NCBI GenBank assembly: GCA_016699425.1
Contig: CP064975.1
Span: 1,056,942-1,120,941, forward strand
Length of the DNA: 64,000 nucleotides
From: Candidatus Moraniibacteriota bacterium
Lineage (GTDB): Bacteria > Patescibacteriota > Minisyncoccia > Moranbacterales > UBA1568
Direction: 5' to 3'
Positions within the stretch are counted from its first letter, which is position 1. The number at the start of each line of letters is the position of its first letter. A program made the position numbers and the translations under genes. The notes under the pieces were generated by a model. The model searched no databases. It was not told the origin of the DNA and worked only from the letters and a program-made list of their open reading frames with translations. Of this stretch, positions 27,176 to 37,122 are shown piece after piece.

Positions 27176-27511
27176 GTGCCCGAAGCTGAGATCACGTGTC
27201 GAGACAGTTACCCTATGCGTCCACTGAAGGAATATATCGGTAAACGGAGCGGGGCATCGTCTCAGGCGCCGCTCGATGACAAAACGGTTTATTTTCTCTT
27301 TCGGAAAATCATCCAGGAAGAGTACGGTACGCGTGGTGTGGCTGAGCTTGAGCCGGTGGCATTTTCGGATGGGGTGCTGTCGATAAAATCAAACAACCCG
27401 CTGTATTCGAGCGAGCTGTGGATCCGGCGTGAGACGATTATTGGTAGGATGAATACCGCGCTCGAGCAAGATGCCATTCAAGAGCTCCGCCTCGTCCGTT
27501 ACGCGCCTTAG
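27176..27511 (+). CDS. DUF721/DciA-like protein (putative)
   Basis: Small basic protein directly after dnaN with a KTVYF...VLSIKSNNPLYSSELW pattern that resembles DUF721. The start is probably the internal MRPLKEY. Confidence 0.4.
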   Translation: MPEAEITCRDSYPMRPLKEYIGKRSGASSQAPLDDKTVYFLFRKIIQEEYGTRGVAELEPVAFSDGVLSIKSNNPLYSSELWIRRETIIGRMNTALEQDAIQELRLVRYAP

Positions 27512-27727
27512 TATCTCGCTCGCTTCCCATGTCGAGAAAATACTCGAATTTTCGAGAGAAAAAGCTTGAAATATGAGAAGGCTATCTGGATAGCCTGGCG
27601 GGTGCTGAGAGGTTTGCTCGTCCGAAACGTCCCGCGGAGGTAGTGTGGGCGGGTAGTCGAAAGCGGAATAGTTTATAAGACAGGTGCTTGTTCCCGTTCT
27701 CTATCAACACTGAAATAAGAGAGATAT

Positions 27728-30319
27728 TTAGTAGGCGACCGAAACAGACCCGTCCGCGCTTGTCGTATTGCCATTCTTGTCCTCGAGCGTGACTTTAACG
27801 TCGATGGTCGAGTTATTCTGGCTGGCGGGGATGGAATAGGTTATTGAATAAGGCTTTTCGCTCCGTTCGCCAATGGTGTCCCCTTCGACGGAGAAGGTGA
27901 GTTTGGAAACCCCATAGGGAGCATTTACCCCCGCGCTGATCGTGAGTGCGCTCGAGTTGGTCGAGCTCGGAAGGCTGAGACTGACGGAGGGTTGGTATTT
28001 TTTGAAGTCATCCGCGCTACAATCTTTCTCTGGCGGCTCTTCGGCGATGACGCCCTTCTGCTTCTTGTACCATTCCTTCACTGCCTTTTCCCAATTCTTG
28101 TACTGACTATCTTTCTCTGGCTTATCCGGCTGGTCACCACGGGGGTCATCACGCTTCACATAATGGAGGATGTCGTGTGGTTCAACAAAATCCTTTTTCT
28201 CTGATTTGCCGTCCGGACAGTATTTATTAGCAATGCAATACTTATTATCTTCACCCGGTATCTCACAGACCTTCAAATCCTTCTTGTCTTCAAGTTCGCC
28301 CCCGAGCATCGGTTTATCGATAGATTCTTTTTCGTATTTCGGGAAGCGTTCAGTCGCGTAGTTGGTCAGCGTTTGGTCCAAAAAGGCTCGCCAAATCGGC
28401 GCGGCGACATTCACCCCATCCGCTCCAGCAACCATCGGGCTGTTGTTATTATTCCCGGCCCAGACGCCAACTGCGAGCGAGGGGGTGAAACCAATCGTCC
28501 AGCCATCGCGGAATTCATTCGTCGTGCCGGTCTTGGCTGCGACGTCGCGCTGGTCAAAGCGAAGCGGGCTGTTTTCGCCGAAAACGGGTGCGCGGTAGTC
28601 ATTGGTGGACATGATATGTTCGAGCATGGTCACGTATTTCTCATCCACGACTCGCTCACCGGGGCCACCTTGAAATTCTTCCAAGACCGTCCCCTTGGCA
28701 TCTTCAATCCTCAAGATGACTGCCAACGGATGCTTCACTCCACCCGTAGCGAGCGTTGAGAACGCGTGGACATGATCGAGAAGCCGGACTTCACCACCAC
28801 CCAAGACAAGTGAGAGGCCGAGTCGATCAGGATTGTCGAGTCCCTGGATGCCGAGACGCTTCGCGGTGTCGATGGCAGTATTCACCCCCGCGAGGTAGAG
28901 TGTCTTCACGGCGGGGATATTCAGCGACTGAGCGAGGGACTGGGCCATAGACAACGGCCCGTGAAATTTTCCGTCGTAGTTCTGAGGCTTGTAGCTTTTG
29001 CCATCATCCGTGTCGAAATCCGTCTCGACATCGTATAGGAGTGTCTCGGGGATGTATCCTTTAGTGAAGGCGGTCAGATAGACATATGGCTTGAATGAAG
29101 ATCCTGGCTGACGGGGAGCGGTTGTCACATTGAAGTTCGCCTCAAAGAGACAGGTTTTCCCAGCGATACAGTTGGCAGGCTCGGATGCCCCAAAGTAATC
29201 CTTGGAACCAACCATAGAGAGGAGCTGGCCGGTCTTGGGGTCGATAGCGACGAGGGCGGCATTGGCGGCTTTCCAACGCTTATTTTTTTCCGCTCCCGAG
29301 CGGACAGCCTCTTCAGCAATCATTTGCTTGTCCCAGTCGAGGGTAGTCGTGACTCGATATCCACCTTCTTCGACCGCCCGGTCGCCATACTTCTCTTGGA
29401 GGTAGTCCTTGATATACATGACAAAGTGCGGCGCTGCGATGATATCTTTTTGGGGAGCTATCTTCCCGAGTGTGTCAGCATTGATCGCCTCTTCAGCCTG
29501 CTCAGCCGTGATATAGCCGAGATTAGCCATTTGCTGGAGTGCATACGTCTGTCGGCCCGAGAGGGCTTCGGTGTGAGACCCATAGGGTGAATAATACGTG
29601 GTCGCCTGGGGGAGCGCCGCGAGAAGCGCTGCTTCGTCGAGGCCGAGCTCGCTAGCGGGCTTGCCGAAGAATGTTTCCGCAGCCGCTTCGATCCCGTAAG
29701 CATTTGATCCGTAGGGGATTTCATTGAGGTACATTTCGAGAATTTCATCCTTTGAGTACTTGGTCTCGAGTTCGAGTGCGAGGATGACCTCCTTCACCTT
29801 TCGCGACAAAGCCTTCTCATTCGAGAGAAGTGTGTTCTTCACGAGCTGCTGAGTGATCGTGGATCCGCCCTGGGACTTGTCGAGGGTGATAATGTCTTTC
29901 AAGATCGCTCGGGCGATAGATGAGAGCTTGATACCGTAGTGATGGTAGAAGTCTTGGTCTTCGAGCGAAATGGTCGCGTACTTCACGACGTCGGGCATAT
30001 CCGAAAAGGGGATAACCGTGCGTTTCTCTTCCCCGTGGACTTCATAGAGGAGGTGGGTGCCGGATCGGTCGTAAATCTTGGTCGATTCAGCGACGAAGCG
30101 ATCACGGACATTGCCGGGGCTCGGCAGGTCTTTGGCGATGTAGAGAAAGAGTCCGACGATAGCTACAAACCCGACCCCGCTGGCGATGGCCACAGCGAGC
30201 CAGATTTTCTTCCAGGGCCAGGGTGTTTTGGGACTCGGATTCATACCGACAATTTCAATCGCCGGTCGGCGACGGAAACTGGGCCGTGGAAAATTGAATT
30301 TATGGCTGAAATAAAGCAT
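27728..30319 (-). CDS. class A penicillin-binding protein (transglycosylase + transpeptidase) with C-terminal Ig-like extension
   Basis: N-terminal TM anchor. GT51 motifs (ISLEDQDFYHHYG, GGSTITQQLVKN). Transpeptidase SxxK/SxN/KTG-like motifs. Confidence 0.9.
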   Translation of the reverse strand: MLYFSHKFNFPRPSFRRRPAIEIVGMNPSPKTPWPWKKIWLAVAIASGVGFVAIVGLFLYIAKDLPSPGNVRDRFVAESTKIYDRSGTHLLYEVHGEEKRTVIPFSDMPDVVKYATISLEDQDFYHHYGIKLSSIARAILKDIITLDKSQGGSTITQQLVKNTLLSNEKALSRKVKEVILALELETKYSKDEILEMYLNEIPYGSNAYGIEAAAETFFGKPASELGLDEAALLAALPQATTYYSPYGSHTEALSGRQTYALQQMANLGYITAEQAEEAINADTLGKIAPQKDIIAAPHFVMYIKDYLQEKYGDRAVEEGGYRVTTTLDWDKQMIAEEAVRSGAEKNKRWKAANAALVAIDPKTGQLLSMVGSKDYFGASEPANCIAGKTCLFEANFNVTTAPRQPGSSFKPYVYLTAFTKGYIPETLLYDVETDFDTDDGKSYKPQNYDGKFHGPLSMAQSLAQSLNIPAVKTLYLAGVNTAIDTAKRLGIQGLDNPDRLGLSLVLGGGEVRLLDHVHAFSTLATGGVKHPLAVILRIEDAKGTVLEEFQGGPGERVVDEKYVTMLEHIMSTNDYRAPVFGENSPLRFDQRDVAAKTGTTNEFRDGWTIGFTPSLAVGVWAGNNNNSPMVAGADGVNVAAPIWRAFLDQTLTNYATERFPKYEKESIDKPMLGGELEDKKDLKVCEIPGEDNKYCIANKYCPDGKSEKKDFVEPHDILHYVKRDDPRGDQPDKPEKDSQYKNWEKAVKEWYKKQKGVIAEEPPEKDCSADDFKKYQPSVSLSLPSSTNSSALTISAGVNAPYGVSKLTFSVEGDTIGERSEKPYSITYSIPASQNNSTIDVKVTLEDKNGNTTSADGSVSVAY

Positions 30320-30383
30320 AATTCAACAATGAGTGTGCCTCATTTATAGCACAGGATGGCGGTCTTTCCAAGGAAGGGAATCA

Positions 30384-31355
30384 CTATCGGATACCAAAGT
30401 AACGTCGGAGGATCTCTTCCGCGGCATCGAAATCTGGGCGCCCAGCTGCTCCCTGGTGCAGCGAGAGGTCAGGCCCACCGTTTATCTCGATGATGACGCC
30501 ACCGGTATCCGTGAGGGGCTGGCTGATGTCTTCAGTGATGACATCAATACCGGCGATATTTAGGTGGATAGCTTTGGCGGCCGCCAGAAAAAGTTTCTTA
30601 TTGGCTGGGTGTAATCGGTCGGTTGCGTCGATCGCTGTTCCACCATGTGAGATAGGCGCAGCGAGGTAGAGTGTGACTACGCGTCCAGCTTCCGGGATAA
30701 ACTCGAGTACCAGTTCCTGCTCAGCCAGGATGTGCGTGAGCTCTGGCTTGATCGGTATGGGGTAACACCCTGAGCTGGGCTGGATGGAAGCATTATGGTG
30801 CTCGATGAGGGTCAGAATAGTATCGCGCCCATTCCCATTGAGAGTCGGGGGGATGAATTCGGCGACTGCGAGCACCTGGTCTTCAAAAACAAGCACCCGG
30901 TACTCCTTGCCTCGGATCTTCTTTTCCGCTACGACGTAGCTGAATTCCTTCTTGATGGCCTGAAAAGCTGCTTGCGCTTCGGTAAGTGACTGGAGTGAAC
31001 CATAGACACCTTTGCCGACGGTGGACCCTAGGGGCTTGAGCAGGATGTCTCCATGGTGCTTGGTATAAAATTGCTCCAAGGATGCTGGGTCTTCGATCAG
31101 GAGTTGGTTAGTCGTCGGTATATTGTTTTGGCGGAGGATTTCGTTGGTGGTTGCTTTGTCAGCCGCGATTTTCATCCCGATATAAGAGGTGGAGAGGACC
31201 GTTGCTCCAAGCGTGAAGAGCTCTTTCCTGCCATCTGTAATTCGGTAGACAAATCGGCGAGTAGAAGTGTCCCCCTTGATAGAGGCATGTCGAACCGTCG
31301 AGAGCCCGAGTCGTTTTGCGGCCTGAGCGAAGCCAAATTTTTTTGTGGTTGACAT
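30384..31355 (-). CDS. ATP-grasp ligase (RimK/cyanophycin-synthetase-like)
   Basis: ATP-grasp pattern: HGDILLKPLGSTVGKGV ... KEYRVLVFEDQVLAVAE ... GGVIIEINGGPDL. Confidence 0.65.
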   Translation of the reverse strand: MSTTKKFGFAQAAKRLGLSTVRHASIKGDTSTRRFVYRITDGRKELFTLGATVLSTSYIGMKIAADKATTNEILRQNNIPTTNQLLIEDPASLEQFYTKHHGDILLKPLGSTVGKGVYGSLQSLTEAQAAFQAIKKEFSYVVAEKKIRGKEYRVLVFEDQVLAVAEFIPPTLNGNGRDTILTLIEHHNASIQPSSGCYPIPIKPELTHILAEQELVLEFIPEAGRVVTLYLAAPISHGGTAIDATDRLHPANKKLFLAAAKAIHLNIAGIDVITEDISQPLTDTGGVIIEINGGPDLSLHQGAAGRPDFDAAEEILRRYFGIR

Positions 31356-31475
31356 AAGGATTCCCTACCAGGGGTAAAAAAACGCCATCGAGAGGCGTGG
31401 AAGAATGGACATGAGCGGGACACTGAAGGTACGATGACCCGTCATTTATACCACAGAATAGCGGTGGTGTAAAGG

Positions 31476-32864
31476 CTACTCTTTCACATTGAGCTTTTCG
31501 AGGTCAGCATCGGTAATGCCGAGCTGGTCGAGCACCCAGATGTGGCGAGGGTTAGACGGGTCATATTTTCCGACATTCCAACGTTGCATCTCGGGAATTT
31601 TTTTGTAAAGTGTTTCCCAGATGGCGATATTCCCTTCGCGATAGATAATGTCTTTAGTGAAGCAAGCCCCGGGAGTTTTGCTATCAGTACCTCGAAAAGT
31701 CCGGACCGTACGTCCCCAGGCGGTATTCGCTGCCCTCTTCTCTGATTCAGCAGAATCAATCCCTCTGGAGAGGTTTTTGATGAAGTAGTAACGGAAAAGC
31801 ATATCATAGGTTCCATGGAAATCTCGGGGATGCCCGTCAAGTCCTGATGCGAGACTGATAGCAAAGTGGCCGTCAAAGCCCGAGTAGTTGTCGGCCTCAC
31901 CTGAGAGGGCCTGTTCTCAGAGGGTTGCGATCCCTTCTTCACCACCTTCGTAGCGATCAAGTCCCAGTCCGAGGAGTTTGAGCTTGGTACGTTCGCCATT
32001 GAGTCGCCTCGCGGTGTGGGTTCCGATCTCATGTGCGATCAGTTCCCTGAGCTCCTTAGTCGTCATGTTTCGTCCGGGTGGTACCTGGACCACTTTTTTC
32101 TCCTGGTTTACACTAATTCCAGTTCGTTTCGGATCAATGACGGCAATCCATCCTTCGGCTGATAGGGACTCAAGGGCCGACCCAAAAGCTGCGCGTATCT
32201 CTTCGTCGGATAATTTCTCAGGAACATCAGGGATGTTTAGGATATTTCCAAGGTCATGCTCGGTCTGACTCTTTACAACCGGTAGAATCGATTTATCCGG
32301 CCCATCAATCGTTGAGACATCGTTTGCTTCCGGGAGATCATCGAGCAGGCTGGAGACCGCCTGTTGGACTAGAGAGTCTCTGTTCTGAGTGGCGATATCC
32401 CCGAGCTCCCTGCGGACTTGTTGCAGGGTATAATTGAAAACTTCCATCGAAGGCTTGCCGTAGATAAATTCTGAGTAACGTCGGAACCTCCGCATATCGC
32501 CGACCACTGCTGCAAGAAGCAATCAATTCTCAGCGATCTTCTCATTCAGTCGCCAGCGATAAACGTTTTTTACTACCTCGTTCTTTTCACTCGAGAGGAT
32601 TTTTTCTTTCAGGTCGAGCAACTCACTGTCTTTGGCGAGTAATGTTCCTGCTTCGAGCCGGGGATAGTCTAGGTCAGGATTCTCTTTTTCTCCAGAGAGG
32701 AATGATTCTTTTTCCTTGGCGCGCGCAGCACTATCGCCATCAGGGTATTCGTATGCTTGGAAAGCTCCAATTTCTTCGAAACGGGAATACCACATCTTAT
32801 CAAGCGTTGATGGCTTGGCTGCGGACTCTTTTTTTAAGTTCAACTGAGGTGGTTGTTCGAGCAT
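31476..32864 (-). pseudogene. DUF1704/QEGLA-motif-like putative metallopeptidase gene, one continuous frame interrupted by two in-frame TGA codons
   Basis: Three ORFs (32864-32523, 32522-31917, 31802-31476) are in the same frame. The first TGA is at 32523-32525 and the second at 31917-31919; no other stops occur. HEIGTH (HExxH) motif and EGIATL-TGA-EQALSGE. The start is probably MWYSRF (around 32795). Confidence 0.55.
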
Positions 32865-33516
32865 GGGAGTCTGGACTAGTGATATCAGTATAGCTCACCA
32901 GCTGAAACCCACGGACAAGTTTTCTGAAGTGAGTACTGTGGAGGATGTGCAGTTCCTGTTCGCGCTCCTCATTGTATCGGTAGCGGCAACGTATATCGTG
33001 GTAGCCAGGGTGCACGACGAGTTCGGAAACGGGTAATTTTTTCGTCTGAGCAACTCTTTCGGCAAGCACAGGAAGCCGAGACGGATGCCAAGAGATGAAA
33101 TTGTCTGGAGTTATGACACCAGATTTTTTTAAGACTACTCGGTCCTCAGTCAGGCGCGATCGGACGGGAAGGCCAAAATGTTTGGCGGCACGGATGACAT
33201 GGCCGAGATTCTTCGGTGTGAGGTGCTGATGCTGGTGACCATCGATGTAGGCGGGCAGACGATCGAAACGTTTCATGAAACGTTTAATCTGCGAAACAAT
33301 TTCTTTGTAGGTCGACTCTGATCCAAGTTCGAGATGCAGGCCGAGGGGAATCCTGAGTCTGAGGAGTTCCGACTTCCGGATATATTTCCGCTTGATCATG
33401 ACTGAGATGCCGGTAATGAGTCCGGCGTTCGCAGTTTCGAGCAGACCCTGATTGAAGCGCGGAGACATCCCGTAATCATCGGCGGTGATGATGAGTTTCG
33501 GGCGTCCCATATGCAC
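32800..33516 (-). CDS. YdjC/ChbG-family carbohydrate deacetylase-like protein
   Basis: N-terminal KLIITADDYGMS matches the YdjC signature (INADDFG). Confidence 0.65.
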   Translation of the reverse strand: MHMGRPKLIITADDYGMSPRFNQGLLETANAGLITGISVMIKRKYIRKSELLRLRIPLGLHLELGSESTYKEIVSQIKRFMKRFDRLPAYIDGHQHQHLTPKNLGHVIRAAKHFGLPVRSRLTEDRVVLKKSGVITPDNFISWHPSRLPVLAERVAQTKKLPVSELVVHPGYHDIRCRYRYNEEREQELHILHSTHFRKLVRGFQLVSYTDITSPDSHARTTTSVELKKRVRSQAINA

Positions 33517-33532
33517 TATCTCATGGAGTGGT

Positions 33533-34489
33533 TTACTCGAGCGTGAGCTTTTCTTTGAAGACCCGGAGAAGTTCTTGGTACATTTTCTCCATACTCGGCT
33601 TTTCTTCCGGAGTAAAGTAGAGGCCGGGCATCGAATTCAGTTCGACTACCCAAGGACTCCCGGTAGTGTCAAACATGATATCGATGGTGAAAATTTTCGG
33701 GTGGAAGGACTCAAAGATATCCTTCGCGTGCTCGACAATCGGCGCAACGGAGCGAGGGATTTGTCTGTGGGGGACGATGGAGAGCTGGCCGCCCTGCGCC
33801 AGATTGGCGAGGAAACTACCCTCCTTGGGCTCGCGAATATACGCATAGATAATTTTTTCGTTCACCATGACGAGACGCAGATCATGCATGCGGCTGGATA
33901 CACCTGGGACACCCCGTGATGAATCGATAAATTCTTGAAGGATATGCGTGCCGTGGAAAGAGATTCCGGAGGCATTTTTCTTCGGGAAGACTTGTACACC
34001 GATGCCGCCGCTTTCCGTCACGGGCTTGAGGACGGCTGTTGCTGTCCGGATATGCTTCAGAGCCGCTTTGAGTTCTATCGGGTTCCGCACGATGAAGTTC
34101 TTCTTGCTCCACTTCGAAAAGAGCAGGCCGACAACGAACTTATCATCGATGATACGTGTGAAATCGAGGTCATTGATGAATGTATAGTGCTGAGCAATGA
34201 GGTCCTTCTTGTGATACACCTCGAGCCGAGCTTTCGTCTTGTCGTAAATCAGATCGGGCTTGATGTTTGAGACTCGCGACCACTGGCCGCCCGCCCCTTC
34301 GTAAATCCAGGCGTACTTGAAGACCTGGTTCTTGTAGTCATACCACTCATAGGAGGCTCGATACATTTGGACCCCGCTCGCTTTGCAAAGATCGTAGAAA
34401 AATTCGTAGGAGTACTGATAGTCTTTATTATCAAAAGGCCGACTTTTCCGCCAACTACTTTTCCCAAAGAGGATGAGCACTTTTTTCAT
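33533..34489 (-). CDS. ATP-grasp domain protein (YheC/D-like)
   Basis: C-terminal ATP-grasp core (LKPVTESGGIGVQVF ... WVVELNSMPGL). Confidence 0.55.
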   Translation of the reverse strand: MKKVLILFGKSSWRKSRPFDNKDYQYSYEFFYDLCKASGVQMYRASYEWYDYKNQVFKYAWIYEGAGGQWSRVSNIKPDLIYDKTKARLEVYHKKDLIAQHYTFINDLDFTRIIDDKFVVGLLFSKWSKKNFIVRNPIELKAALKHIRTATAVLKPVTESGGIGVQVFPKKNASGISFHGTHILQEFIDSSRGVPGVSSRMHDLRLVMVNEKIIYAYIREPKEGSFLANLAQGGQLSIVPHRQIPRSVAPIVEHAKDIFESFHPKIFTIDIMFDTTGSPWVVELNSMPGLYFTPEEKPSMEKMYQELLRVFKEKLTLE

Positions 34490-34540
34490 ACAGGTACCCT
34501 AAGGATTATGTTTGAATATTGCAGTTGAAAGTTCGCATCG

Positions 34541-35947
34541 CTATTTGGTGACATCCACCAAGAACTTCCCCAGATTCCTCCGGCCGATGATTGCCCGGTA
34601 CTGGAGAGCGGTCCGATCGACCACACTCGGACGCGCCTCGATCTCCTCTTTATCGATGATGAGCTTGAGCGGTATCTTGGGGCGCACACTCATGCCGTTT
34701 GAAGCATAGATGCAGAGGATGTCGACGAGATCAGGGTGTTTGCCGATATGTTCGCCTCGAAGTTTTTCCTCGAACGCCCGTGCCTCGTCGCGATCGTCAA
34801 ACTGAGGGATTGGAATGGTGTCGAAATATGCGAGCACATCACTATATCCGAGTTCCTCAGCAAGCGTGCGGTCGATGGCCGAGGAGTCGGCGCCGGTGTC
34901 GATCTTCGCTTCGACCTCGATTTCTTTCCCATCCTTGCCAATAAGTTTCACTTTTTCAACCGAGCCGATGACACGTTTGCCGGAGAGGCCCTCGATGTTC
35001 TCTTCGATCTCACCGCCAAAGAGATTCATGCCGACGCGGACGCCGTGGTCGACACTCTTGATCTTTACACCCTTCACTCGCTCGAGCCGTTCCTTCAGCC
35101 CTGCCATGTTGGCGAGCTGGATGGAGAGTCCGGGCCGGGCATTCAGCTCGAGGATCACTGGCCCTGCGTCGCGATCGATGGCGACATCCGCCCCGAGGAA
35201 ACCGAGACCAGAAATCTCTTGGGCTTTGACTGCCATGGTGAGGATGTCTTTCCAGCGCGGGATCTTGAGTCCAGAGAGCAGGAGCCGTGTCTCGGGGACA
35301 TACTCGATAAGCCGCCCCTTGCCGACGATTGCACTCGTGGTCGTACCATTGGCCATGTCGACACCGACGCCAATCGCACCCAGTTGTAGGTTCGCTTTGC
35401 CGCCGGAGTCTTTGGTTGGCAGGCGGAGCATGGCCATAACGGGAACACGGTTGAAGACAATGATGCGGATGTCGGGGATGCCCTTCCAGGTGTACGGTTT
35501 GAAGAGTTTCAGGAGTTTCAATCGCTCCTCGAAGAAGGCAATATCGGGCTTATTGGAAAGTGAGAAGGTCCCGTCGAGGATGTTCTCGATATGGCTTTTC
35601 AAGTCGGCGATCGTGATGACGCTCCCATCGGCCTTCACCCAGGCGTCAATGCGGCCTTTTTTCCGTGCGTAGACGACGATGATGCCTTCGCCACCGAACC
35701 CACGATTGGGCTTTAGTGCAAAGCTGTCAGGGAGCATCTGCCAATCGAAGCGCTCGAGCTCGCTCGGCGAGCTAATCTTCGCGATGAGTTTCGAGACGGG
35801 GAGACCGTTTTTCTTCAGGGCCACTTTGCACTTCAATTTCTGATCAGCCAAACGGCGTCCGCGGGCGTGATTGTAGGGTCGGACATAATCCAAATTGCGG
35901 GCGTTCATCCCGAGGAGTGTGCGGCTGTGCGCGTACCAAGAAAGCAT
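34541..35947 (-). CDS. alpha-L-glutamate-ligase-related (RimK-like) ATP-grasp protein fused to a C-terminal retropepsin-like aspartic protease
   Basis: N-terminal LLGMNARNLDYVRPYN and the ATP-grasp core (PNRGFGGEGIIVV ... ILELNARPGLS). C-terminal KIDTGADSSAID has the DTG aspartyl-protease motif (DUF785-like). Confidence 0.7.
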   Translation of the reverse strand: MLSWYAHSRTLLGMNARNLDYVRPYNHARGRRLADQKLKCKVALKKNGLPVSKLIAKISSPSELERFDWQMLPDSFALKPNRGFGGEGIIVVYARKKGRIDAWVKADGSVITIADLKSHIENILDGTFSLSNKPDIAFFEERLKLLKLFKPYTWKGIPDIRIIVFNRVPVMAMLRLPTKDSGGKANLQLGAIGVGVDMANGTTTSAIVGKGRLIEYVPETRLLLSGLKIPRWKDILTMAVKAQEISGLGFLGADVAIDRDAGPVILELNARPGLSIQLANMAGLKERLERVKGVKIKSVDHGVRVGMNLFGGEIEENIEGLSGKRVIGSVEKVKLIGKDGKEIEVEAKIDTGADSSAIDRTLAEELGYSDVLAYFDTIPIPQFDDRDEARAFEEKLRGEHIGKHPDLVDILCIYASNGMSVRPKIPLKLIIDKEEIEARPSVVDRTALQYRAIIGRRNLGKFLVDVTK

Positions 35948-35959
35948 AGGAGGGAAGGA

Positions 35960-36700
35960 CTACGACTCTTGCTTCAGGATATGCCGGAAGCGGAAGAGCT
36001 CCACCAGTCGCAGCCCTGACCATTTCCCCAAGCCGATGTTGATGAGGAAGGTCAGAGCAATCGCCCACGGATACTGGAGGAAGAAATCCCGGAGTGCCGG
36101 CCAGCCGATGACGAAGTAACCAACAATGGAGATGACGAGTGTTTCCCCAGCGAGAAAGAGCGCTATCTTCGTTCCTTGTTCGATCTGGGTTGCGATGAAT
36201 TTTTCAGCCAGTGTGATGAGGATGAGGAGTGGAAAGATGTCTACAGCCGCAATCCCAGTGCGCTGGAGGGTCGCCCCGAAAGCGAGGATACCAAGGACGG
36301 TGAGCGAGATGATAGAGAGGGTGATGGCGACCCGCGGCAGGTAGAGGAGACGGAAGGAACGCAAGATGTAGCGTGCGAGCATCCCCATGCCGATGACCGC
36401 AAAGAAAATAGCGACGCCGTACTTCAGGCCCTTTTCCCCGAAGGCGAGAAAGGCGAAGGTGATGATGGATGGCGTATAGATGCCGAAGGCCTTGATGCCG
36501 ACGATTTGCCGGAAAAAGGCCACCAGGGTCGCGATGACCGGGAGCATGAGGAGGAGGTACACCGTTTCGATGGGCACTCCGGCTTCGACGAAATAGTTGA
36601 TGATCGGATGATAGTTCATAGCTGTATTATACTCTTCGTTTCGCGAATGACGCATGATGGATGTGGCACAGCGCAATGGCGAGCGCGTCCGCGACATCAT
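35960..36700 (-). CDS. 7-TM membrane protein of the 7TM-inactive-transglutaminase-associated type
   Basis: Seven hydrophobic helices. Position next to the RimK-related ligase matches the known three-gene cassette. The start is probably internal (MNYHPIINYF). Confidence 0.5.
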   Translation of the reverse strand: MMSRTRSPLRCATSIMRHSRNEEYNTAMNYHPIINYFVEAGVPIETVYLLLMLPVIATLVAFFRQIVGIKAFGIYTPSIITFAFLAFGEKGLKYGVAIFFAVIGMGMLARYILRSFRLLYLPRVAITLSIISLTVLGILAFGATLQRTGIAAVDIFPLLILITLAEKFIATQIEQGTKIALFLAGETLVISIVGYFVIGWPALRDFFLQYPWAIALTFLINIGLGKWSGLRLVELFRFRHILKQES

Positions 36701-37115
36701 CGGGCTTCGGGATGGCTTTCAGGTGAAGAATCTCCTTGGCCATACGTTGCACCTGCTGTTTATCCGCCTTGCCATACCCCGTGAGTGCCTGCTTCACCTG
36801 GAGCGGCGTGTAACCAGCGATAGTAAGCCCAAAATCGGCTAAAGTCAAGAGGAGTGCACCGCGTGACTGAGCGACCGAGATCGCTGTTTTCTGGTTATTG
36901 AAGAAGAAAAGTTCCTCCATCGCGGCCGTATCGGGTTGGTACTGCTTCACAATTACGGCGACATCATCGCGGATTTCCTGTAACCGCTTCTGGAGAGGTA
37001 GGTCTTTGCTCGTCGAAATATGCCCATAGGCCAGCGGCTCGGTCTTCCCCTCGATGTGCTCGAGTACAGCCCACCCTACCGTCGCCGTGCCAGGATCGAT
37101 GCCGAGGATTTTCAT
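36627..37115 (-). CDS. ruvC: Holliday junction resolvase RuvC
   Basis: MKILGIDPGTATVGWAVLE N-terminus with catalytic Asp. The ORF-track start at 37199 is an upstream extension. Confidence 0.85.
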   Translation of the reverse strand: MKILGIDPGTATVGWAVLEHIEGKTEPLAYGHISTSKDLPLQKRLQEIRDDVAVIVKQYQPDTAAMEELFFFNNQKTAISVAQSRGALLLTLADFGLTIAGYTPLQVKQALTGYGKADKQQVQRMAKEILHLKAIPKPDDVADALAIALCHIHHASFAKRRV

Positions 37116-37122
37116 ACAGTTT

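Noticed and set aside
31484-32032. 182-aa ORF overlapping the DUF1704-like gene in another frame
   Set aside because: It lies wholly within the continuous DUF1704-like reading frame, with Ser/Pro-rich composition. It is a shadow ORF.
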